A stretch of 51,857 bases of DNA, the filler included, from Basidiobolus ranarum (lineage: Eukaryota), in assembly GCA_040143965.1 (NCBI GenBank). It is 3 parts of 3 records of this genome, joined end to end, with 100 filler letters (N's around TTAATTAATTAA, not from the genome) between each part and the next. Parts side by side here need not be neighbours in the genome. Positions count along the whole stretch, not along the records: positions 1 to 17,242 come from JASJQH010007186.1; positions 17,343 to 34,563 come from JASJQH010007187.1; 1 more part is not named here. One strand, 5' to 3'. Of this stretch, positions 11,823-23,339 are shown piece by piece (within the stretch, counting starts at the first letter, position 1; each line of letters opens with the position of its first letter). The notes beneath the pieces are model-generated. The model was given only the letters and a program-made list of their open reading frames with translations, did not search any database and was not told the origin of the DNA. Made by a program: the position numbers and the translations under genes.

Positions 11823-13211
11823 TTAGCCAGAGAAGTCGATCTTGGTGTATATTTTGCTTTTCTTATGAAAGTAAATATCGTGCAATAAGCCAGCATATAC
11901 TCCTTGCATGGAGTTCTTGATAGTGGCGACTGACGATCCTCTAGAAATAATCTCAGTCTCCACCATGGAGATCATGTACTGCACCAGGTTGACATGGGCT
12001 TCGGCATTGAGCTGTGTGCCTAATGATGAATATTCTTGACGGAAATCATGAGGTGTGAAAGTACAGGGGAACTGTTGGAAGATTGGGGTCAAGTCTCCAT
12101 GTGCGCGCGGATTGATAGCGTCTGTGCTGAGGTATAAGAGGGGTGAGCTACATGAATCCTGGGCAGTACGTGCTAAACATTCCTCAAGGCTGGGCACGCC
12201 GCTCTTAGGATTACTTGCAGGTTGTTCACATTCACGATCAGATATCCTGTCCATAAGCATGTTCAAGATTGTCCTCACATTGACTGGAATCTTATCAGAA
12301 AACTCAAGGCCTAACGTGGGAACCTCTATCCCGACGTAGTTTTGTTGGCCCCCTAGTTTATCAATAACTAGATCAGCCGTACTCAGGATTGCTGTGCTCT
12401 TCCATACGTAGCTTCTTAACATATCCCGAAATACTGGATAGTTATCTGGATGACTAGCTTGTACACGACCTCGTCCATTCACCGAGTGTAAGTAGAGTAG
12501 CTTGTGGGAGAATTCTTTGAGTTTGTTAAAGTGAAGTAGAGACTTGAAATGGCCCTTTATATCATCACGTAAGACTGTAGCATCGGAAAACTTGTGCTCA
12601 TATTTGACATCCTCTTTAAAGATATGAATATCCTCTTCTTCAATTCCATATCGGCTTAGACTTTCAAAGGTAAAATCAGTTTCTTCATAAATGCGCACAT
12701 AATCCTCAACTCCTGATAAGTCGAAAAAATATGACCAAGGAATCTTTGTCCAAGAAGTATAAGAAAGACACTCGCCGGGTAACTCACGCAATGCGATATC
12801 ACTGCAATAACTTTTCGATTGTTTGCTTTTTCTGGCCACTTGCGAGTAAAGAGTATCAAATTGGGCCCATTCGATGAGATTTCCCAAGTAAGCAGGGGGC
12901 ACGATGAGCGACCGATTAAGATAGTAAGCTAATAATATAGCGTTTTCTAACCCTATCTTTTGTTGATAGAAGCTATCGTGTGGTAGGTACACCATAAACT
13001 TCTCTCCTGGAGAAGTTTGTACTGGGATAACCTCGGATGGCTTTGGTTTGGTAGCGACTGGTTTTAAGGGAGCTTGATCGTCCAAAGGATATCCAAAATT
13101 ATACCAGCCCAAATTACCTTCCCTACCTAGTTTATGTTTTGGTATTGTCTAGTAGATTAGTGTAACCAGGATGACGGCCAGAGCTGCAGATATTTTGAAA
13201 GAACGACGCAT
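11823..13211 (-). CDS. O-fucosyltransferase-like (GT-B fold, CigA-like) type II membrane protein interrupted by an in-frame TAG at codon 21
   Basis: ATG at 13211 gives MRRSFKISAALAVILVTLIY*TIPKHKLGREGNLGWYNFG, in frame with the 429-aa ORF. Family-like motifs are EKFMVYLPH...LENAILLAYYLNRSLIVPP, WTKIPWSYFFDL, LYLSTDA and IFQQFPCTFT. Confidence 0.7.
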
Positions 13212-14049
13212 ATTACTAAATGAAAAGGATCTATATAGCACTAAGTGTAAAAGACAAAATTTATGAGCAACCCAAGCTTATAAAACCATGCTCCTGCTTT
13301 CCAGTTATTTTTTCCGGCTAAAAGCGGAAAGTACCACTAGTTTCATTAATATCCATAATTGGCAAGTACATTCATTTTAAGTGCTACGCTTATTTCTTTG
13401 TTCTAATAGTTTGATGAAACCTCATTGCTCTTATCATGTAACCAACCTGTTCGTCCAGTTTATTGGATATATGAATAAAATTAATGTAGGGCAACTACCC
13501 AGTAAATTCTATTCAGTGGTTCTGGCGAGATAAGATATAATGATTGAACTATGCCACATATAAAGCAAGTACAGAAAGATTGAGTTGAGATCTTCTCTCC
13601 ATGAAGGTATTTTACGATGCTATAGTAGTACTAGACTAAGTACCCACGAGTTTGTACTGGCAGAGTAAATATCAGGATGGGAATAGGGCGGCGTGGAACT
13701 ACTCTGTGCATTATTTGGTTAATTTGTTTATAAAGCCAAACCTGCATGTTACTCCAATATAATCAGAACCCTCAGTACAAGCGCGTAACTAAATCCCCTT
13801 AAAATGCTAACATTAATAACGTTTAGTTCATCAAATATAAAAATGGTTAAAAACATGAACCAATGGTGCAATGAGCTGACCAAACTCAATTAGGGGTTGC
13901 TTACAAGATGAAGTTAATTTAATCTTGATGTTATCGTAAATGATAGAGATGATACTGCTGCAAACACTCATTTAATCTCTAATATTAGTTAGTTTTGCCC
14001 TCAATTATAGCTCTTTTTATCCCGTATTTTTTATAAGTTTCTTTAACGA

Positions 14050-14532
14050 ATGACTGTGCCTAAAGAAGTTGAGGAGTATTCTGATTACTCCGAGGAAGAA
14101 GAGACTTTCAATGAGAGACAGAAGGTGAGGGATGCTGCGAAGTATCAAGACCAAATATATTATTCTGATCGATATAGCGATGAGGAATTCGAATACCGGT
14201 AATTATTTCAATGCTTGACCTTTGGAACTGTTGTCTGAACCAAACTGATACCTTTTCGAAGTCATGTTACGCTGCCCAAGCCTCTCGTAAAGTACGTGCC
14301 CACTAGTCGACTAATGGCAGAGAGCGAGTGGAGAGCTTTAGGTGTAGTACAATCTCTTGGCTGGGAACATTATTTGATACACGGTAAACACCAATAGTTA
14401 CAGTAACGTTATTCTCATTCTTGCGTGCTCTATTTAACCTTTTTGTTTTCAGCACCCGAACGACATATACTTCTGTTCAAACGAGAGAAAGACTATCAAT
14501 TAAAATACCCTAATGGAAAACGTAAAGTTTGA
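14050..14532 (+). CDS. CKS1: Cyclin-dependent kinase regulatory subunit (Cks1/Suc1)
   Basis: Exons 14050-14198, 14262-14383 and 14453-14532 give [21 protein letters not shown]...[35 protein letters not shown]. Missed by the ORF track. Confidence 0.95.
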
Positions 14533-15555
14533 ACAGATAACTAAAGTACTTGTTCCTTTGAGAAGAGACCGAAAATACCTCTGCCAACGAGATAATCTTT
14601 TTCTCTTGTATTATAGATGGTTTGTCTAGCATACAGCCTTCAATAGTGTACCCCTGATTGATCAATCTATCAAGGCATTTATTTGCAAAATGAATCAATA
14701 AAGCCTGTGCCTATTGTTTAATGTGTTTAGACATACATATATATATATACATACAGATGTGTATCATTGTCTCAAAAACTGCAGATAATATATGCTGTTT
14801 GAGACTAGAGGTAAATCACCACCAATGTATCACCTCCATACCAGGATGAAAGGTATTTCTTTATTCATGTCATGCCTTCCTTCATCTGGTATACCGTAGT
14901 TCAAAGTGCTGAATATCATTTTACAGGCGGCTAGGCTCAATAACTCAATATATGAGTGAGCTCTAGATCTTCCTTATATTTGAAGACCTAGGGTGATTTG
15001 TGTATTTTTAATTTTGTCACGGCACTTTCAAGCTCACCAGTGTTGATCAAAATTCAGTTTTGGTCACGTGATTCTAAAATTGATGAAATCAAGCGACCAA
15101 GAAAATAATCAATAGTTAATAATATTGACGCCATAGACCAATCAGGGTGTAGTCGCCTCTAATAGCCAGCACCTGACATCATGAAAACGATCAGGCTGAA
15201 AGAATAGCACGTAGATGGCAGAGTGACAGGGATATGGTGAAAACCGTTCATTCAATCGATTGATCAATCATTAGACGAAGAATTTGCCTCACTCAAATGA
15301 TATTTATGCAAAAGTCATTAGCATGAAAAGACTGACGTAATGATTCCAGTAATATTTTGAGACCAGCGCTGATGATTACAACGAAGAATAAGAGCAAACT
15401 TTTTTTTCCGTAAATTAAATCATCACGCGGATGCAGCCAGGTGTATTGTTTATTGAAATTAAAAAATCACTTGAACTTGCAGATTCCCAGGTTTCTCGCA
15501 TTCTTTTCTACACCCCACTCGCTATATTCAGTACTTCAACGCGAAATATTTCCCA

Positions 15556-16402
15556 ATGTTGCGTATTACTAGCTCCGTTCGTGTCAACAACATTTTAGCT
15601 AATTCGGTCACTCAATTTCAACGTGGTTATGCTGCTTCAGTCAAAGCATCGAAGATTGTTGATGGTATACATCAAGTAGATTATCTGTTGAACAGCAAAC
15701 TTGAAGATATTCATATATTCTTGGTTTTATTTAGAAAAGTTAACTCCCCCCAAGAGACCTTTATCAGCTTACTTACAGTTCCATAGGGAAGTCTTCAACG
15801 CCTTGAGCCCCGAGGAAAAAACAAGTGTTACTGCTACTTCCAAGACCATTGGCGAGAAATGGCGCAATCTTGCCGAATCCGAGAAAAAGGTTTTTTTTAT
15901 TAGCAAATCGAGGCAACTCGTTATAGTCTCCCTTCTCTATTGCATTCAAACTAACAGCATCTTAGCATTACCAAGATATAGCCGAGAACAATAAAAAAGA
16001 GTACGAAGTGAAGTGCAAGAACTTCCTCAACTCACTCAGTCCATCTGACTATGTAAAACTAGCCCAAATCCGCAAGCAAAACAAAGCAAAGGGTAAAAAC
16101 TTCCCTAAGTTCAAGGATCCCAATGCTCCTAGGAAGCCTATGACTTCCTATGTTCTCTTCTTAAAGGAAAAATATGATGAACTTAACACCGGCAACAACA
16201 CAGAAACCTTCCGCAAGATCGCCGAAGAATGGCGTCAAACACCTGAGAGCGGTAGAAAGGTAATTTGAGAAGTCTTTGTTAGCTAAACAATTATTTTTAA
16301 CTAACATCCAAAATGGAATTTCTCAATTTCTAGGTTTATGAGGAACTCGCTGCTGAGGATAGAGTGCGTTATGACCAAGAAGTTAGAAGATACATGCAGT
16401 AA
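15556..16402 (+). CDS. Mitochondrial two-HMG-box DNA-packaging protein (Abf2/TFAM-like)
   Basis: Presequence-like N-terminus MLRITSSVRVNN...FQRGYA. HMG boxes PPKRPLSAYLQF...IGEKWRNL and DPNAPRKPMTSYVLFL...IAEEWR. Four exons; TAA at 16400-16402. Confidence 0.85.
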
Positions 16403-17242
16403 ACCTACTGCACTTGATTTAAATCCATGAAGCAATATTTAGGTAGTTATTTTACGCTGCTCCTCTTTCGATATTTTCTTGATTTCCAAGCCGATTGGTA
16501 TATTTATTTTTCTACTCCACTCTTTCCATTCAGTAAACAAATGTGTAATCACGCCAAGTGAGTAATGAGAATAAAATTACCTAAGAGAAAATCAACTGTT
16601 CGTGATTCGAATTTGCTTTTAGAGTGTTTCTAGCGATGTGATTCTCTGCACCATAGTTAAAGTACTCCTATCTTACGCCCGATTTACTTCATAAATAACT
16701 AATATCTCTTGGAAGACTTTGATTGGAAATTTTATGGTACAAATTACCAAGTTGCTTACATGGGGATGATTAGTAAATGATTGTCAGTCAGTGACCAGCT
16801 TGTCTAGGACTTGTGCACCGTGGTACATTGACAGTAGGCATATATATGATTTATAGTTGATTAGTCTTAGGATATTACCTTGTAAGCATAAGAGCTATTG
16901 ACCAAATGAAAAGATAGTAATCAATAAATGAAGTTGGGACCTGGACTGTTTAATCGGAGCTTATATTTCGATCCAGCGACCGAAGACCTCCACCTGCAAA
17001 AAGCGAGATGTATCAGCCAGGTATTGCAGTAGAAGTCGGAGAAGCCTGGAGTCTAAAGTTTCTCTAATTTACACTTGGTCTGAAAGCGCCATTCCTCTCC
17101 AGTGAGTATAGTTCCTGGCGATAGGAGTGCATGCGGTATGACAGAATAGCTCATGGCAAACAATCAATTAATAGCCTGAAATCCCGCCAGGTAGTCTATA
17201 ATATGGAATTTGAGCGGTGTCACCTCTAATTCAGGAATCCTG

Positions 17243-17342
17243 NNNNNNNNNNNNNNNNNNNNNNNNNNNNNNNNNNNNNNNNNNNNTTAATTAATTAANN
17301 NNNNNNNNNNNNNNNNNNNNNNNNNNNNNNNNNNNNNNNNNN
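17243..17342. other. Artificial contig spacer (44 N + TTAATTAATTAA + 44 N)
   Basis: A 100-nt N run with a central six-frame-stop 12-mer at 17287-17298. Confidence 0.95.
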
Positions 17343-17754
17343 AGCCAAGTTCAGAAGTAACTTGCCAGCCCATTCTTTCGGAGCCTCTGTCCGTGTGATG
17401 ATGTATCCTTCCCGCGTTTAAGCGGATGGATCAGGTATACTGAACCATTGGTATCTAGCGCTGGTGCATATACACAACTTCATATTACTTTCTGAAAGTA
17501 GTACAATACTTTCAGCTGGAAAGATAAATAAAGTTTAATATAGCCAGTTTCTGTTATCGTAGCATACATACCTTTCCTATCAAGTAACATCTCTAACATT
17601 GTATTACATCCACACTGATGTAAATATTATATTTACTCTAAATCGATAGCCTCTGCTATTGAATGTGTGTGAAGGAGTTATTTTTTCGGGGCAAGCATTG
17701 TAACTTATAGTTATTTAGAGATCACATAAGTTTATTGACATCTATTAGTACAAG

Positions 17755-18745
17755 TTACTCAGTAAGACTGTCTTGTGGGATGCATTTATAGTCCACTCCA
17801 TTGTATCGAAAAGTGCCAGCATAGATTTCTTTTAGTTGCTCTTCAATCTTTGGGCAAGCACCAGCGCATTCTAAATGTGTAGATTATTAATATACATATA
17901 TTAAACGGAGTTTAGATAGTATTAACTAGCAAACTAACCATCAGTAACATTTTTGGCCCAAAGGAAATACTCTTGTACACGTTCTTTGGTCCTATATAAA
18001 ATAGTTTGTTGAGTTCAAAGTAAAGCAATGAACACAATAACTTCATAAACTTTAGTCATACCATCCAACTGGAGCAACTCGTTGAAGGTCACGTAAATTG
18101 CTAAGCTTGTCAGCAAGCTTAACTCTTCTAGCCTAAAGAAATAGATTATCTTAAGTAAAGGCTTGCGAGATAAGTGTAGATGCTTATAATATACCTTTTC
18201 CGACTTGTTCTTGGCCGTAACAATTTGTAAACGTTTACGTTCATCTTTGGAAAGATACTTATCATCTGTACATTCTTCCACCAATTTACTGACTTCAGCT
18301 CCAAAAACATTGGTCAACTAAATTTACTGTGAGTACAGATACTTTCGTGGTATGAATTTAAACTCAGAATTCTATACCTCTTCAAGGGAGGTTTCAGTAT
18401 CCTCTACAGTGTCATGAAGAATGGCTGCTTGTAAAGTGGCAAGATCATCTACTCCAGCTTCAGCCAGGGAATTGGCCACGATGATTGGATGATTGATGTA
18501 AGCTGTTTATACAGAAAGAAAAGTAATACATATATTAGTACGTTGAAGGACTGAAGATCAAATATGTAGCACTTCAAGTTGACTTTGACGCATCTCTCCG
18601 GGAAGCTACATTGAAAGGAGATAAAAAGAAAAATCATCAGAAACTTACGAGTTTGTTCAGGATCTTTACGTCTTTGAGTAGCATGTTTTTGCGCAGCAAA
18701 ATTTAGTGTGAATAGTAATTGGGCTGTTGGGTTGTTGGTAGTCAT
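17755..18745 (-). CDS. MESH1: HD-domain (p)ppGpp hydrolase / NADPH phosphatase, MESH1/HDDC3 family
   Basis: Spliced translation: [30 protein letters not shown]...[19 protein letters not shown]...[16 protein letters not shown]...[39 protein letters not shown]. The HD and DK.xN motifs are intact. Confidence 0.93.
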
Positions 18746-20927
18746 TGTTGAGCGCAAATTTAATACACACCGGAATGCCGTCAGTTTAAACGATAGATAA
18801 GTAATAATCCAAATGGAGGCATCGTTTTACAGTTTGCCTGAAATACAAAAGTATTGATTGGCCCCGCCAACCAATCATCTCCTTGATTACTACCTCTCGC
18901 GAAGACGAGGTGATGCGAAAAAGTAATTTGGATGATTACCTGGATCACATAGCTGCAATGTCATTCTCTATGACGTCACAAGTGAAGAGCGAGTGTGCTT
19001 TACTAGTATAGATATCTTAACTGTAAATCAACTCTAAGAGAATTTTGAGTCTGGTAAGGATCTAACGAGCCCATATATTGATAGATGTCTATTTTCGACG
19101 CCTTCAAAACCTCCTTAGCTAAAAGTTCAGTAACCTGGAATACTCGTAGTGTCAGCCAAGAATGCTATCTCCACACCATTCAACAATAAGACCTCGCAAT
19201 TATGGCTCAATTTGGGATTTCATGGGGCTGTAGCTTTGAAAACAAATCAAGAGAACTATAGCCCCTACAGGTATAGCCCTGTAACGAAATATGGTTGAGT
19301 CATGTATAAAGTCAGGTTGCATAAATCCTTTTATGCTTATATAACATCTTGAACTTGAAATTGTCCGTTGTCGGTGTCTACTTTTAAAGCTATATTATTA
19401 TCTGCTTTATATAACGAGACACTGAGGAATAGATGCAAGTGAGTCAGTGTATGGGAGAAATGCGTTCACCTTAGAAAATGTTCCCTTTTAGGTTCTACTG
19501 TCACTATGACGTTAGTGCGCCGTGTTAAAGGCTTCGGAATATATCGTATTTATATGAACACCATAATTCCAAAAATGATGGCTGATCAATGCACATTCAA
19601 TTTAAATATAAGGAGTTGCTATATATCACTTGTAGCCGGCCCAAACAAAAATTGGGGCGGATTCACCACAGCTTGGGTTTCTCCCTAAGGATGTCCTTCT
19701 GCCCTATGTTGGGACTAGCTGCTTTTGGATTGCATGATTGATTGAATTGATATCCTTAAAGACTATTAGAAAAGATGTAAAGCCCAGACAGGGTAGCACG
19801 GATTCTCCCAAAAGATACAAGGGGTATTAATAGCACCTGGAAGAGAGATACATAGACACTCCTAATCACAAGCAATTCCTGGGTATTCTTGAATGAAATA
19901 GGTACCCTGATATTTCAATGTTCCAAACTCGTTATGGTACTATCCCATATCAAGTAATATGAGATACTCGTTGACCAGCTTAAACCAGGCGCCCTAAGGG
20001 AGCCTGATAACTTGCGTCGTATACACGAAACATGTATGAATATGATCACTTACATATTGCGAGATAATAGCTTTTTTATTGATTATATCAAGATGGCACA
20101 TTTTATCGACGCAGCCCAGAGACTCCAGATTCCTGGGAAATAGCAGTCACGTCATTTTAAATAGGCGGTTGCCATCATCCGTGTCACTTTGCTTATACAT
20201 GATGGTTGGAAACCAGAGTTGAACTTGAGGCTCGATATCCCTGAATGATCTTAGTCTCCTCTACATAAGGTGTCTTAACCGTACAATGGTTTATAGTAGA
20301 TACACATACAGACCAGATCCATCGAAAGATTCTTAAATCTAATACAAGTAACAATGTATATAAAACTTTACGTTGCTCTTCCATTCGGTTCTTACAGCAG
20401 ACTTCCCGATGTGAAGTGCTCTTCAATCGATATATCCGTTCATGGTGTATCGACAGGGCATATTTAGATAGTGAGCTAGTGAGTGATTGTTGGTATCAAT
20501 TATTACTGTCTATTAATGCGCAAATATCTTAACTCTACTTTATTCTGCTTCCTATCCACGCATAGTATTCCGTGCTCTTTTGCTTTCCCAAAGGCATTCT
20601 TTAGTAGAATGAAATTCAAGATTTAAAGTAGCAGTTGTATTCATCATTTATTCTCCCGTCGTTGGCTAATTGTTTTTGGAAACCGCCTGTTCCTTGAGTC
20701 CATTTACCATATTGGGGTATAAAATTTTCACATCATATTTCCTTCAACTTGATTGGATACAACTCTGGGCAATCATCCACGATTTGGTTTCTGTTTCTAT
20801 ATATTTCAACAAAAACTCCCATGTCCTTCGTAGTTCTTCATTGCCTCATTTTCTATTTCACCGTCATAATTCAAATTCTATGCCATACTAGTCACTTCAT
20901 TCATTTAAAATAATAGTTGCATATAGC

Positions 20928-21617
20928 ATGGTGTACAACTACAGCAATCTTCCATCTTGCGCAAACACGCCAACACTGGAAGAGGATCATGAATCTTCTA
21001 CTGATTCGAGTTCTTCTGTTCAAACGGAAGACTCGACTTTCAAGCCTTATTATGTCTCCTTCATTCCACCCGAGTTTCTTTCCCCGAGATTGGAGAGAAA
21101 ACGAACCCGCTACTATCGTTGGCCAATGTTATTGATTCGTTGGCTGGTTTTGGCAACCAGTATTGGCTCTATTATATCAGTCTTCCATTTTATCGATACT
21201 TGCGGAATAAACTCAACCACGTGTTGGCTAGCGATCTGCGGAGTTCTTTCCACTGTGGTGGCTATTCTTTATTTGACCAATTGGGTACGTCGCAGAATCT
21301 GTTACCAGGCACCTGTTCTTTTTGACCCTTCAAAAGCTTTAGATTGTCCTAATGATGAATGGAGACCTCTGCTGCTATGCCGGCCTCACCGACATAGCCG
21401 GGCTGTATTGCATCTAATGGTTCATTTAACCGTGTCTTTGTTTTGGGCCGGAGCTTTAATAGATCTTTACCTTCGTCGCAACAGTTGTTACGTCCTGAAC
21501 GGGTATCTACGCTGCAGTGTCCTCTATCTTTCGACCGGTTTAGTTATATCCTGCTTCATCAGCTGGGTTATTGCTTCGATACTCATTATTGTTGATATTA
21601 AGCGACGAGAATTTTAA
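20928..21617 (+). CDS. Four-TM membrane protein, MARVEL-like
   Basis: Intact 229-aa ORF with an acidic/Ser-rich N-terminus and four hydrophobic segments (RWLVLATSIGSII; LAICGVLSTVVAILY; LMVHLTVSLFWAGAL; C-terminal helix after an extracellular Cys pair). Confidence 0.65.
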   Translation: MVYNYSNLPSCANTPTLEEDHESSTDSSSSVQTEDSTFKPYYVSFIPPEFLSPRLERKRTRYYRWPMLLIRWLVLATSIGSIISVFHFIDTCGINSTTCWLAICGVLSTVVAILYLTNWVRRRICYQAPVLFDPSKALDCPNDEWRPLLLCRPHRHSRAVLHLMVHLTVSLFWAGALIDLYLRRNSCYVLNGYLRCSVLYLSTGLVISCFISWVIASILIIVDIKRREF

Positions 21618-23339
21618 ATTCGTACACTGATACTTGGTGTTTCATTAATTTTTATTCCTCGATGTTTTGTATCTACTGTCGATGTTATACTCATTTCTCA
21701 ATATTGTATATACAATGTGATTTCTTTCGCACTCAATTCCTCTAAAGCCATATTTTAGGTAGAGGTGTATATATGCTTAACTCGGCCTACATTCTATGAT
21801 ATTTCCTACCAACCAACATTGACAATCGCCATTTGTATGTACCAACATTTGTAGCAGCATCATTCATCGTACAGCATGCACTTTTCCTGAAGCATTCTCT
21901 ATTGAATGTTAATTTTCAACGCGAAACCATATCTATCAATTACTACACGAAGGGGATGACCGAAATTTTTTTTTCGATTTTATCCGAATAAAGATGATTT
22001 GTGACATTCAAATATGGCCAATTCGATACAAACAATTAATAGTAACATACACATATATCTTGTAACTCCCCCAAAAATTTGGGAAATCTAGTATTAAGGA
22101 TACAAGGTAACAGCTATTCGGGCCAAGTTACGCATGGTTCTCTAGATAAGCTATAACAAATGAACATGTGAAGTGAAGGTAATTAAACTGGTAATTATGA
22201 CGAGGCTCTTGGCGAGATTGACTTGAAATGGCTTTGAATTCACCCAAAACACCTTGATGGGAATTGGCCCAAGTTGGGTAGCACCCATTCCATAGATGAT
22301 TTTACAAATCGAACCATATGACTAAACCATGTGTACCAACTGAGCCCCATTTAGAGATATATTCCATCTAAGAAAATGCTTTTCACAACCAAAGGGACAA
22401 ATGATTAGTACGGGACTATATAACCATCACTTTATTTGATTTTAAGCACAAACCAATTCACTTGCTTCGCTCATGCAGAGAATGATGATTTATAAACGTT
22501 AAAATAGGATCTCCAATATCAATAAAAATAGAACTGAAGGGCTCATGCTGTAGATTGACTATATCAAGATGTAGAATCTCTCTTGCCCGAATTTATGATC
22601 ATCTTTAACCATCGTTGACGCTTATGAAACCGTATTCAATGAATCGTCTAGTCTCTTTCGTCATTATATCAGCCTCAGTGAATCATACCAAATGATCTCA
22701 GGACAATGCTGGTCTATTATCTTGTGAGCCTCATACTATAAGTATATAACTCTGTTCCTTGGTGAATTACGGTAATTGTGTTCGATGAATAGCAAGTGTT
22801 TTTGAGGTAAGCTCCATGTAGTTGGATATCTGACGACTATCCTAATCTCACTATCTTCATTATGACGATATTGGTCAATTCGTATCTTTAATACGCACCG
22901 TGCAAAAGCTATACTGTCTTAATTAGGAGTAATCTAGATTTAACTTGAGGTTTGTAAGAGTCTGATGTAAATCACTTGTGTTACCCGTTGTGCCAAGTAC
23001 TACTCTTCCATTCCAATTAGAATAAAGATGATAGTTGGTGTAGAGCCACAAACACTCATGACGTGAAGAGTGAGCATAACAACCTCGAAAGAAAAATTGT
23101 TGAATCAACATCTGAAGAATTAATGCATCACTGTTTATTAATGATCTTGAAAATATACCACTGAATAGTCTAAGCTGACGTGAAATGGGTGAATTAAATT
23201 ATCAGATGAGAATGCACCTATATTGTTTGAAAGGTGGCAACAACAGAAAAGTACAACAGTCTAAAGAAGAGAGTCTAAGAAGAGTGGAGTGAACTAGGTG
23301 AATGAAATAATGAGTGCTACGGAAATTCGTCTCTCTTGA

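Noticed and set aside
17287..17298. TTAATTAATTAA palindrome inside the N runs (also 34608-34619)
   Set aside because: Artificial linker with stops in all frames, not a biological motif.
17394..17445. GTGATGA...CTGA resembling C/D snoRNA boxes
   Set aside because: Too short, no convincing terminal stem or guide, and adjacent to a contig edge.
19224..19300. GGGGCTGTAGCT resembles the 5' end of tRNA-Ala
   Set aside because: No D-loop GG, anticodon arm or TTCGA T-loop follows.
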